A stretch of DNA of 64,000 bases from NCBI GenBank assembly GCA_964016885.1, contig OZ024757.1, positions 14,880,001-14,944,000 of the forward strand. The letters run 5' to 3'. Below are positions 25,547-64,000 of this stretch, piece by piece. A program made the position numbers and the translations under genes. A model generated the notes under the pieces. The model ran no database searches, was not told the DNA's origin, and saw only the letters and a program-made list of their open reading frames with translations. Source of the DNA: Eledone cirrhosa (Eukaryota). Each line of letters begins with the position of its first letter. Position 1 is the first letter of the stretch.

Positions 25547-25824
25547 TTTACGAGAAACATATCTAAATCTGTACTACAGAAACAGTGGAAATGTATATAT
25601 ATATATATGTGTGTATATATATATATATATACACATAGAAAATCACTATCTATATACATACATATATAAATATGTATGGTCGTGCCCCAGCATGGCCTCA
25701 GCTTGTCGGCAGGAACACGTAAAAGATGAACATTGATGCACATTATATAGTTACTATATTGACACGGTTAAATGGCTACATTTATACATATATATATATA
25801 CATATATATATATATACACACACA

Positions 25825-25856
<32 letters not shown>

Positions 25857-25864
25857 CACACACA

Positions 25865-25896
<32 letters not shown>

Positions 25897-25928
25897 CACA
25901 CACATATATACATATATATATGTGTGTA

Positions 25929-25973
<45 letters not shown>

Positions 25974-26019
25974 ACATATATATATATATATATACACACA
26001 TATATATATATATATACAC

Positions 26020-26052
<33 letters not shown>

Positions 26053-26205
26053 TATATATACACATATATATATACACATATATATACCCATATATATATA
26101 TATACACATATATATATATATACACATATATATATACACATATATATATATATATATATATGTACATATATATATATATATATATAGATAGATAGATAAA
26201 TATAC
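22025..26205. repeat. (TA)n/(CA)n microsatellite-rich block, including a 42-bp array at about 24780-25355
   Basis: Direct inspection. Confidence 0.9.
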
Positions 26206-26354
26206 ACGGGTGTGTATGATTGTGTATAGAAGATTATATTAATAAGAGGAATTCCAACTTTGTCTGATTTACTCGTTTTATTTACAATCCTTTAAAATTT
26301 ATAATGGTATTATAATGAAATAGTATGATAGAATATTAAATTCTAAGTGTTAAT

Positions 26355-26393
26355 TGAACAAGTACTTTCATGCTTTCGCAATCTTCAGGTTCA
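26355..26393 (-). ncRNA. Minimal type-I hammerhead ribozyme motif
   Basis: Minus strand: tgaac CTGAAGA t-tgc-gaaa-gca-t GAAA gtac TT^ gttca; 5-bp stem I, GNRA-capped stem II, palindromic stem III (aagtactt). Confidence 0.7.
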
Positions 26394-27047
26394 TAATATG
26401 TGGTGACAGTCAAGTTTGCAATTTTCAACTGTAATAAGATGGGTAAATTTTCTACCTTTTATACATTTTATACAGGGAAAAGTGGCTCCAGAATCCTAAG
26501 TCTTGCAAACTGTATTTCGACCAATCAGTGTGTAGTTTCACTGAATTACTAAAGCTGATTGGTTTAAGCGTCACGGCTGGTTGAGCATGTCTAACGACCA
26601 ATAATTAATCATATCCAAAGCATCAATTGTTTTGCTATTTTTAGAAATGATGAAAATAGCATTTTCTATTAATCATCACCATCAACATCACTTTTATTAT
26701 TATTATTGTTGTTGTTGTTGTTGTTAGTGGTCGTAGAAGTAATACCCCTAAGCGTTATTATATATATATACATATATATATATACATATATATATATATA
26801 TGTATATATATACATATATATATATACATATATATATATATATGTATATATATATATTTATATATATACATATATATATATATGTATATATATATATTGT
26901 TATACTTTGGGAGGGTCATGTTGCCAATAAGAAACACACGCACCAGTAGCTTTCACTTCAATTTATTATAATAAATTTATAAATTTATAAATTTATAAAT
27001 TTCTGGTTGGTTGGTTGGTTCCACAACCAGATAGTTGTTTATATATT

Positions 27048-27090
27048 GTCATAGTTCTTTCGTCACACACTCTGTGACCTCTTCAGTGAC
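27048..27090 (-). ncRNA. Minimal type-I hammerhead ribozyme motif downstream of the Penelope-like ORF
   Basis: Minus strand: gtca CTGAAGA g gtcaca-gagtg-tgtgac GAAA gaac TA^ tgac; 4-bp stem I, 6-bp stem II; about 140 nt downstream of the GIY-YIG stop on the same strand. Confidence 0.75.
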
Positions 27091-27231
27091 TGGGGATTCC
27101 TTTCTTTGTTTTTGTGCCTCTCCTTTGTTCTATGCCATTTTGTTTCTGTGTGTGTGTTGTGTGCTGAGTCTGCGCATGCGCCACATCCGGGTGTGTGTTT
27201 ATGTTCATTTATTTATTTGTTTATTTACATG

Positions 27232-27951
27232 TTACTGGTTGGTTGTTTGTTCTATGTGTGTGTATGTATTCCTCTTGTCCTTAATTGTAAGTTGTGATGT
27301 TGTGATGTTGCTGTTCCACTCATATTTTCTATTTAATTTTGGTTGTAATTCTTTTATGTTTATTGCCTCTGTGATTTGTCTAAACATTGCGTCTTTTCTG
27401 TGTGTAGATTCTATTTTTATTTCTATGTTCTCTAATTTACCCTTGTGTTCTATTTTAGCATGTTGGTAGAGTACAGATGATTCTTTACTATCTTGAAGGT
27501 CTCGCCAGTGTTCATTTATCCGTTCCCCTACACTACGAGCTGTCTCACCTATGTACACTATATTTTTGTCTCTACATTGTCCTTCAGTACATCTTATGCT
27601 ATACACTACATTTCTAGTTTTACAGTTAATATGGGGGCTTATTTTACAGGTTATACATTTCTTATCTATACATGAGGGTCTTTGAAAAGGGTATGTCTTG
27701 CTAATAAGTGTTTTTACGGAGGTACCTGGTCTTTCTACTATCTTAATATTGAGTTTATGTTTATCTAGGGCTCTTCTAAATTTGTAAGCTAATTCACCTC
27801 TAGGGGTTGTATCGATGAACATTACACTCTGGTATTTATTGCTATCATACCATGAGTTTATTCTATTAGCCTTGTTCCTAGTTCTTTCTATTCTATTCCA
27901 AAATTTGCTCCTATACAAGGGGTAGGTCCCATTTATGTCATTATTTACCAT
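27232..27951 (-). pseudogene. GIY-YIG endonuclease domain of a Penelope-like element
   Basis: VVY...YIG motif, conserved R, E and N. Confidence 0.85.
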
Positions 27952-28416
27952 TTTTTCTCATTTGGTTCTGGCTCCTCTATACACTCTGATTTTATCTCTC
28001 TGATTGTAGCCAGAGAACTGCATATGGTGGATGAAGTGTTGTATGTGTCTCTCTAGTTCTTTGGGGTTGCACATGCAGGACACGTTTCTCATCACCCATA
28101 CCAAATCCAGTAGGTATGCTTTTCACAATTTTCAAACAACAGTCATGAAACTGGTGCTACAACCAGCAGCAGGTCACACTAATCAAAGAGTAGCCCATTC
28201 AACCATTGACAATATATATCTGTCAACAAGGGGACCTATTTCTTAGTTGTTTCCAAAGATCACAGATCATCTAGTCGACATTACAAGTTTTGTTGTAATT
28301 TCAAGTTCTTTTGTATTTGTTACTGGTAGCTTAGCTAATATTTAAATTATGAGCAGATGTATATAGTTAATTAAAATTGAACAAAAAAAACACATTTTAA
28401 TTAGATAGATTCTAAT

Positions 28417-28712
28417 GAAGGTGAATGGCTTAGTGGTTAGAGCATTAGGCTTGCAATCGGGAGGTTGCGAGTTCGATTCTCAGACCGGATGATGCATTGT
28501 GACCTTTATTTCACGTTGCTCCAGTTTACTCACTGGTGCCAAGCTGTATTGGTCATTGCCTTTCTCTTGGATAACATCGGTGGTGTGGAGAGGAGAGACT
28601 GGTATGCATGGGTGACTGTTGGTCTTCAACAAACAACCTTGCCTGGTCTTATGCTTCTGAGGGGAACTTTCTAGGTGCATATCCACAGTCATTCATGACT
28701 AAAAGGGGGACT
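28417..28712 (+). mobile_element. tRNA-derived SINE family 3 (second copy at 43669-44005)
   Basis: A/B boxes, shared body gccaagctgtattggcc..ggagaggggagactggtatgcatggg. Confidence 0.75.
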
Positions 28713-30195
28713 TGAAGCTAGTACTACAGAGTTGTGTGTGTGTGGAGAAGTTGTGGATGTTAATGTGTGTGTATATGGCATTTATTATATGTGTATATAT
28801 ACGGTGGTGGATTGGCAGTATCGGTAGAGCGTCGGACACCATGCTTTGACGCATAGAGTTACGGCCCTTTCCATTCTGAGTTCAAATCTCGCCGAGGTTA
28901 ACTTTGCCTTTCATCCTTACGGGGTCGATAAAATAAAGTACCAGTAATGTACTGGAATAATTGCTGGCCTTGTACCAAAAAGTAGAAACAATTCATCATC
29001 ATCATCATCATCATCATCATCGTTTAACGTCCATCTTCCACGCTTGCATGGGTTTGGACGGGAGTTTTCCCACTTGAGGCAAAATTGGTTGTCCTGCTCG
29101 TATAGGACTGTCTATATATGTGTATATATACTATATGTGTATATATACTAGTGTTTGTTTAATTAGAGTTATTGTTGTGACTGTTACTGGTTGTTGTGCT
29201 AAACAATTAAAATACTTTAAACTACAGGTGGATTAATGCATTTTTAGTTTACTAGAATATTTTTCAACATGCTGATGCATATGTGTACATGTGCGTGTGC
29301 ATGTGTGTATGTAGATTGTACACACGTGTGTAGTGAATGTTAGACAGTTTTCTGCAGTTTGTCATCACCCCTTCTTTCCTCAGTCATATCTAGTGTGTGA
29401 CGAAAGTTTCTCGAATTTATATATAGATTTTAATATTTAAAATTTCGATGAGTTCTTGTACAACCAAATCAAAAGGCGTATGTGCGTATGTAAGGTACTT
29501 ATTGAGCTTGTATGTGTGTGTGTTTGTGCCCACATACAGATGTGTGTGTGAGTGGTTGTTTGAGGGAGGTGGTGACAATATTCAATGTAGTGAAATAGGT
29601 TGTGTAGGTAATTATTATTTATTGGTGATGTATTGTAGCAGCCCTGTGTTTGTCTTGGGTACCTATGTGTACTGACGGGGGAGCCCACATGGAATTAGAT
29701 GTTGATAGTTCTGTAATGGAGTGCCTAGATGAGTATTGTCATTTTAATGCCACTATTGGATTGGTGTTGTGGTGCAAACCTATTCAGAAGTAAACCTGAG
29801 TGACTTAACTCTTTAGCATTTAAACTGGCCGTATCTGGCCAGAATTCTCTCCCCTCTTTCTGTTCAAACCACAATCGATGTATGGAAAAATAAAATAGCC
29901 TTCAGAATAGGACTTCAAAATAGGACTTCAGAAACCTATGTATGAAATTTGGTGCAAATCGGTTGCAAAATGTAGAAATGCATGCGGTTACACAGACAGA
30001 CATCTTCTGTTTTATATATATATATATATAAACAATGAGTTTAAGACTTAGTTGATATGTAATCAACTGACATATGTGTATAACAGATACGAAGCACTCA
30101 ACAAATAATATTTATCTGGAGTAGTATGATAATAAGAGTAATAAACGAAAGTTATATACTTTAGTGATGATATAAAGTATATATCTTTCGTTTAT

Positions 30196-30229
<34 letters not shown>

Positions 30230-30288
30230 GAAAAGTATAGAAATTGTTGTAGCGATAAGCTAACAGTATTCCATAACATATATTCCAT

Positions 30289-30325
<37 letters not shown>

Positions 30326-31384
30326 CATATTAAACTTAAGCCAAAAAACTCAATTTAGGGAAGTATTTTCCGTGCAAGCATGGAAAATGAACGTTAAATC
30401 ATGATGATGATGATGATGATATATATACCTACAGTCAGCAGGCACTTCTTAATCAAATATACTCCCCCATCCGACTACCCCAACTCCCCCACCCCCAACC
30501 CCATCTACACCACCCCTTTCTCTGTAAAGTCCTAAATAAATGAGGTCGTGTAGGTGTCACGACAAAAACACACAGTCCTCGCTGTAATGTGGCCGTGTAG
30601 GTAACACGCTAAAAACCTCCCAGTCCACACTGTAAACGTGGTTGGTGTTAGGAAGGGCATCCAGCCGTAGAAAACCTGCCAGACAGTCCCATACGAGCGA
30701 GACGACCAATCTTGCCTCAAGTGGGACAATTCCCGTCTAAACCCATGCTAGCGTGGAAGATGGATGTTAAACGATGATGATGATGATCATCATCATTAAT
30801 TAATATCTGTTTTCTCAGCTTGCCTGCGTTTGATGGGTCACAGACATAGTCAATATTCAAACAGGACTACTGACCTCTCAGATAGGTTGAAGTCCTGCAC
30901 TACACTTACATACAATCCAACGCTTTACTGAGTTCTGGATGGATGCCCTTCCTATCACCAACCACTTTATAGCATGTACTAGATGTGTTTATCATGTAGA
31001 TCACCAACACTAGAGAGGTTGTCATGAGCTTGACACAGCTGAAGGGTCCTCCCTACCTTTTGTTTGGCAAGCATTCTACAGTTAGATGTCCTTCCGATTA
31101 CCATCTATTTTGCAGTGTTTACTGGGTGCGTTTATCGAGTAGATCACCAACACTAGAGAGGTTGTTGCACTGCTGACCTGACTGAAGGGTCCTTCCAACC
31201 CTTTCTGGCATTGCTTCTACAGCAGGGAGCCCTTCCTATCACCAACCATCTTACAGGATATAGAGGGAGTATTAGGTGTACTGTCTCAAAATAGGTTTTC
31301 ATATATATACTGTTGAAACATCATTTTTCTCGTGTTCCATTTTTCCAGGTGAAACCAGAAACAGCTTCAAACCCACAAAACCAA

Positions 31385-31660
31385 AGTTTCCACATCAAAC
31401 CAGGTTTTCTACACCAGACCAAGTTTTTCACACCAAACCAGGTTTTCCACACCAAACCAGGTTTTCCACACCAAACCAGGTTTTCCACACCAAACCAGGT
31501 TTTCCACACCTAACTAGGTTTCAATACTAAACCAGAATTTCCACACCTAACTAGGTTTCAATACTAAACCAGAATTTCCACACCTAACTAGGTTTCAATA
31601 CTAAACCAGAATTTCCACACCTAACTAGGTTTCAATACTAAACCAGAATTTCCACACCAA
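31385..31660. repeat. 20-bp then 37-bp tandem repeats immediately 5' of the candidate start codon
   Basis: (accaaaccaggttttccaca)n followed by (aaccagaatttccacacctaactaggtttcaatacta)n. Confidence 0.9.
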
Positions 31661-31670
31661 AACTGCAATA

Positions 31671-58477
<26,807 letters not shown>

Positions 58478-58932
58478 GTGAGAAAATGTATCTAGTTATC
58501 TCCCCTTCTTCCTCACTCACTCTTTCTTTCTCTCCCACCACTCTCACTCCTCTTTCCATTCTCTCTCCCTACTCTCTTTCTTTTTCTCCCACCACCCTCA
58601 CTCCACTTTCCATTCTCTCTCTCTCTCACCACTCTCTTCAACAAATAACAACAACAATAACATTAACATTGATAGTAATAATCATTATTATTTTTACTAA
58701 GGGTGGTAGATTGGCAGAATCGGTAGAGCGTCGGACACCATGCTTTGCAGCATAGAGTTATGGCCCTTTATGATCTGAGTTCAAATCCCGCCGAGGTTAA
58801 CTTTGCTTTTCATCCTTACAGGGTCGATAAAATAAAGTACCAGTAATGTACTGGGATAATTGCTGGCCTTGTGCCAAAAGTAGAAACAATTATTTTTGTT
58901 CCATAGGGTGGCGCATCTTCAGTTCAACTGGA

Positions 58933-61900
58933 GGATAGCTAGATGACCGTTGGCTAGTGCCAGGGTAGCTAGATGACCGTTGGCTAGTGCCAGGATAGCT
59001 AGATGACTGTTGGCTAGTGCCAGGGTAGCTAGATGACCGTTGGCTAGTGCCAGGCTAGCTAGATGACCGTTGGCTAGTGCCAGGCTAGCTAGATGACTGT
59101 TGGCTAGTGCCAGGGTAGCTAGATGACAGTTGGCTAGTGCCAGGGTAGCTAGATGACTGTTGGCTAGTGCCAGGATAGCTAGATGACCGTTGGCTAGTGC
59201 CAGGCTAGCTAGATGACTGTTGGCTAGTGCCAGGGTAGCTAGATGACCGTTGGCTAGTGCCAGGGTAGCTAGATGACTGTTGGCTAGTGCCAGGGTAGCT
59301 AGATGACAGTTGGCTAGTGCCAGGCTAGCTAGATGACTGTTGGCTAGTGCCAGGGTAGCTAGATGACCGTTGGCTAGTGCCAGGGTAGCTAGATGACCGT
59401 TGGCTAGTGCCAGGCTAGCTAGATGACCGTTGGCTAGTGCCAGGATAGCTAGATGACAGTTGGCTAGTGCCAGGATAGCTAGATGACAGTTGGCTAGTGC
59501 CAGGGTAGCTAGATGACCGTTGGCTAGTGCCAGGCTAGCTAGATGACTGTTGGCTAGTGCCAGGCTAGCTAGATGACCGTTGGCTAGTGCCAGGATAGCT
59601 AGATGACCGTTGGCTAGTGCCAGGATAGCTAGATGACCGTTGGCTAGTGCCAGGGTAGCTAGTGCCAGGCAAACTAGATGACAGTTGGCTAGTGCCAGGA
59701 TAGCTAGATGACCGTTGGCTAGTGCCAGGGTAGCTAGATGACCGTTGGCTAGTGCCAGGCTAGCTAGATGACCGTTGGCTAGTGCCAGGGTAGCTAGATG
59801 ACCGTTGGCTAGTGCCAGGGTAGCTAGTGCCAGGCAAACTAGATGACAGTTGGCTAGTGCCAGGATAGCTAGTGCCAGGCTAGCTAGATGACAGTTGGCT
59901 AGTGCCAGGATAGCTAGTGCCAGGCTAGCTAGATGACTGTTGGCTAGTGCCAGGGTAGCTAGATGACCGTTGGCTAGTGCCAGGCTAGCTAGATGACCGT
60001 TGGCTAGTGCCAGGCTAGCTAGATGACCGTTGGCTAGTGCCAGGCTAGCTAGATGACCGTTGGCTAGTGCCAGGCTAGCTAGATGACCGTTGGCTAGTGC
60101 CAGGCAAACTAGATGACAGTTGGCTAGTGCCAGGCTAGCTAGATGACCGTTGGCTAGTGCCAGGCTATCTAGATGACCGTTGGCTAGTGCCAGGCTAGCT
60201 AGATGACAGTTGGCTAGTGCCAGGCTAGCTAGATGACCGTTGGCTAGTGCCAGGCTATCTAGATGACCGTTGGCTAGTGCCAGGCTAGCTAGATGACCGT
60301 TGGCTAGTGCCAGGCTAGCTAGATGACTGTTGGCTAGTGCCAGGGTAGCTAGATGACTGTTGGCTAGTGCCAGGCTAGCTAGATGACCGTTGGCTACTGT
60401 CAGGCTAGCTAGACGACAGTTGGCTAGTGCCAGGATAGCTAGATGACCGTTGGCTAGTGCCAGGCTAGCTAGTGCCAGGCTAGCTAGATGACTGTTGGCT
60501 AGTGCCAGGGTAGCTAGTGCCAGGGTAGCTAGATGACCGTTGGCTAGTGCCAGGGTAGCTAGATGACCGTTGGCTAGTGCCAGGGTAGCTAGATGACTGT
60601 TGGCTAGTGCCAGGGTAGCTAGTGCCAGGGTAGCTAGATGACCGTTGGCTAGTGCCAGGGTAGCTAGATGACTGTTGGCTAGTGCCAGGGTAGCTAGATG
60701 ACCGTTGGCTAGTGCCAGGGTAGCTAGATGACCGTTGGCTAGTGCCAGGGTAGCTAGATGACCGTTGGCTAGTGCCAGGGTAGCTAGATGACTGTTGGCT
60801 AGTGCCAGGGTAGCTAGTGCCAGGGTAGCTAGATGACCGTTGGCTAGTGCCAGGGTAGCTAGATGACTGTTGGCTAGTGCCAGGGTAGCTAGTGCCAGGG
60901 TAGCTAGATGACCGTTGGCTAGTGCCAGGGTAGCTAGACGACAGTTGGCTAGTGCCAGGATAGCTAGATGACCGTTGGCTAGTGCCAGGCTAGCTAGTGC
61001 CAGGCTAGCTAGATGACTGTTGGCTAGTGCCAGGGTAGCTAGTGCCAGGGTAGCTAGATGACCGTTGGCTAGTGCCAGGGTAGCTAGATGACCGTTGGCT
61101 AGTGCCAGGGTAGCTAGATGACTGTTGGCTAGTGTCAGGGTAGCTAGTGCCAGGGTAGCTAGATGACCGTTGGCTAGTGCCAGGGTAGCTAGATGACTGT
61201 TGGCTAGTGCCAGGGTAGCTAGTGCCAGGGTAGCTAGATGACCGTTGGCTAGTGCCAGGGTAGCTAGATGACCGTTGGCTAGTGCCAGGGTAGCTAGATG
61301 ACCGTTGGCTAGTGCCAGGATAGCTAGATGACCGTTGGCTAGTGCCAGGCTAGCTAGATGACTGTTGGCTAGTGCCAGGGTAGCTAGATGACCGTTGGCT
61401 AGTGCCAGGGTAGCTAGATGACTGTTGGCTAGTGCCAGGGTAGCTAGATGACCGTTGGCTAGTGCCAGGATAGCTAGATGACCGTTGGCTAGTGCCAGGG
61501 TAGCTAGATGACCGTTGGCTAGTGCCAGGCTAGCTAGTGCCAGGCTAGCTAGTGCCAGGCTAGCTAGATGACTGTTGGCTAGTGCCAGGCTAGCTAGACG
61601 ACAGTTGGCTAGTGCCAGGCTAGCTAGATGACCGTTGGCTAGTGCCAGGCTAGCTAGATGACAGTTGGCTACTGTCAGGCTAGCTAGACGACAGTTGGCT
61701 AGTGCCAGGATAGCTAGATGACCGTTGGCTAGTGCCAGGCTAGCTAGTGCCAGGCTAGCTAGACGACAGTTGGCTAGTGCCAGGCTAGCTAGATGACAGT
61801 TGGCTACTGTCAGGCTAGCTAGACGACAGTTGGCTAGTGCCAGGATAGCTAGATGACCGTTGGCTAGTGCCAGGCTAGCTAGTGCCAGGCTAGCTAGATG

Positions 61901-64000
61901 ACCGTTGGCTAGTGCCAGGCTAGCTAGACGACAGTTGGCTAGTGCCAGGCTAGCTAGATGACCGTTGGCTAGTGCCAGGCTAGCTAGATGACTGTTGGCT
62001 AGTGCCAGGCTAGCTAGATGACAGTTGGCTAGTGACAGGATAGCTAGATGACCGTTGGCTAGTGCCAGGCTAGCTAGTGCCAGGCTAGCTAGTGCCAGGC
62101 TAGCTAGATGACTGTTGGCTAGTGCCAGGGTAGTTAGTGCCAGGCTAGCTAGATGACCGTTGGCTAGTGCCAGGCTAGCTAGATGACCGTTGGCTAGTGC
62201 CAGGCTAGCTAGATGACCGTTGGCTAGTGCCAGGCTAGCTAGATGACCGTTGGCTAGTGCCAGGCTAGCTAGATGACCGTTGGCTAGTGCCAGGCTAGCT
62301 AGATGACTGTTGGCTAGTGCCAGGGTAGCTAGTGCCAGGCTAGCTAGTGCCAGGCTAGCTAGATGACCGTTGGCTAGTGCCAGGCTAGCTAGATGACCGT
62401 TGGCTAGTGCCAGGGTAGCTAGTGCCAGGCTAGCTAGATGACCGTTGGCTAGTGCCAGGCTAGCTAGATGACCGTTGGCTAGTGCCAGGGTAGCTAGTGC
62501 CAGGCTAGCTAGATGACCGTTGGCTAGTGCCAGGCTAGCTAGATGACCGTTGGCTAGTGCCAGGCTAGCTAGATGACTGTTGGCTAGTGCCAGGGTAGCT
62601 AGTGCCAGGCTAGCTAGTGCCAGGCTAGCTAGATGACCGTTGGCTAGTGCCAGGCTAGCTAGATGACCGTTGGCTAGTGCCAGGGTAGCTAGATGACCGT
62701 TGGCTAGTGCCAGGCTAGCTAGATGACCGTTGGCTAGTGCCAGGCTAGCTAGATGACCGTTGGCTAGTGCCAGGCTAGCTAGATGACAGTTGGCTAGTGC
62801 CAGGGTAGCTAGTGCCAGGCTAGCTAGATGACCGTTGGCTAGTGCCAGGCTAGCTAGATGACCGTTGGCTAGTGCCAGGCTAGCTAGTGCCAGGCTAGCT
62901 AGATGACCGTTGGCTAGTGCCAGGCTAGCTAGATGACCGTTGGCTAGTGCCAGGGTAGCTAGTGCCAGGCTAGCTAGATGACCGTTGGCTAGTGCCAGGC
63001 TAGCTAGATGACCGTTGGCTAGTGCCAGGCTAGCTAGTGCCAGGCTAGCTAGATGACCGTTGGCTAGTGCCAGGCTAGCTAGATGACCGTTGGCTAGTGC
63101 CAGGGTAGCTAGTGCCAGGCTAGCTAGATGACCGTTGGCTAGTGCCAGGCTAGCTAGATGACCGTTGGCTAGTGCCAGGCTAGCTAGATGACCGTTGGCT
63201 AGTGCCAGGCTAGCTAGATGACAGTTGGCTAGTGCCAGGCTAGCTAGATGACCGTTGGCTAGTGCCAGGCTAGCTAGATGACCGTTGGCTAGTGCCAGGG
63301 TAGCTAGATGACAGTTGGCTAGTGCCAGGCTAGCTAGATGACCGTTGGCTAGTGCCAGGCTAGCTAGATGACCGTTGGCTAGTGCCAGGGTAGCTAGTGC
63401 CAGGCTAGCTAGATGACCGTTGGCTAGTGCCAGGCTAGCTAGATGACAGTTGGCTAGTGCCAGGCTAGCTAGATGACAGTTGGCTAGTGCCAGGCTAGCT
63501 AGATGACCGTTGGCTAGTGCCAGGCTAGCTAGATGACCGTTGGCTAGTGCCAGGCTAGCTAGATGACCGTTGGCTAGTGCCAGGGTAGCTAGTGCCAGGC
63601 TAGCTAGATGACCGTTGGCTAGTGCCAGGCTAGCTAGATGACCGTTGGCTAGTGCCAGGGTAGCTAGTGCCAGGCTAGCTAGATGACCGTTGGCTAGTGC
63701 CAGGCTAGCTAGATGACAGTTGGCTAGTGCCAGGCTAGCTAGATGACCGTTGGCTAGTGCCAGGCTAGCTAGATGACAGTTGGCTAGTGCCAGGCTAGCT
63801 AGATGACAGTTGGCTAGTGCCAGGGTAGCTAGATGACCGTTGGCTAGTGCCAGGCTAGCTAGATGACCGTTGGCTAGTGCCAGGCTAGCTAGATGACAGT
63901 TGGCTAGTGCCAGGGTAGCTAGATGACCGTTGGCTAGTGCCAGGCTAGCTAGATGACCGTTGGCTAGTGCCAGGCTAGCTAGATGACCGTTGGCTAGTGC
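58933..64000. repeat. 30-bp satellite with 15-bp deletion variants, more than 5 kb, running off the window
   Basis: (tagctagatgaccgttggctagtgccaggc)n, about 170 units. Confidence 0.97.

Larger units (their letters stand above)
26896..28097 (-). mobile_element. Penelope-like retroelement, 5'-truncated (RT thumb, Cys-rich linker, C-terminal GIY-YIG endonuclease, 3' region)
   Basis: ORF 27232..27951 has NVVYSIRC..YIGETARSVGERINEH..H...H..E..I..LN (GIY-YIG with CCHH). The frame extends upstream past one TGA (27958-27960) to ..MQFSGY..; the 3' end abuts (TA)n. Confidence 0.88.

Noticed and set aside
21949-26207. Many YI/CV/HT-rich ORFs
   Set aside because: Translations of (TA)n and (CA)n microsatellites
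27958-27960. In-frame TGA in the Penelope-like ORF as possible selenocysteine
   Set aside because: Selenoprotein-coding PLEs (Naiads) have an N-terminal endonuclease, whereas this one is C-terminal. The codon is not in a Cys motif, no SECIS was recognised and the copy is truncated, so a nonsense mutation is simpler
58907-58938. Possible exon 9 after ttccatag
   Set aside because: Reads GWRIFSSTGG-stop with no family similarity; the expected C-terminal domain is absent from the window
58933-64000. CRISPR-like regular repeats (also the 61-, 72- and 48-bp arrays)
   Set aside because: Units are head-to-tail with no unique spacers, there are no cas genes, and the context is eukaryotic

Overview
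Repeat-dense, AT-rich animal genomic DNA, most likely from an octopus or other coleoid cephalopod. That assignment is inferred from the SINE/RTE repertoire and the long (TA)n, (CAT)n and (GGT)n microsatellites. Most tracked ORFs are microsatellite or minisatellite artefacts. One real host gene lies on the + strand: eight GT-AG exons (31671-58477, continuing beyond the window) splice in frame into about 301 aa of a PLP-dependent class-V aminotransferase-fold enzyme of the Egt2 hercynylcysteine-sulfoxide lyase / L-cysteine desulfhydrase / CefD family (YLNHGTFG, DGAH, SNAHKW). Mobile content includes RTE-clade LINEs (one family with a PHD finger inside the ORF, one with three C-terminal C2H2 fingers), Penelope-like GIY-YIG fragments and foldback relics carrying minimal hammerhead ribozyme motifs, non-autonomous Helitrons, a TTAA-type MITE, a CR1 remnant and tRNA-derived SINEs. 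There is also a lone 5S rRNA copy and several tandem arrays seeded from TEs or from a splice junction. The last 5 kb is a 30-bp satellite.
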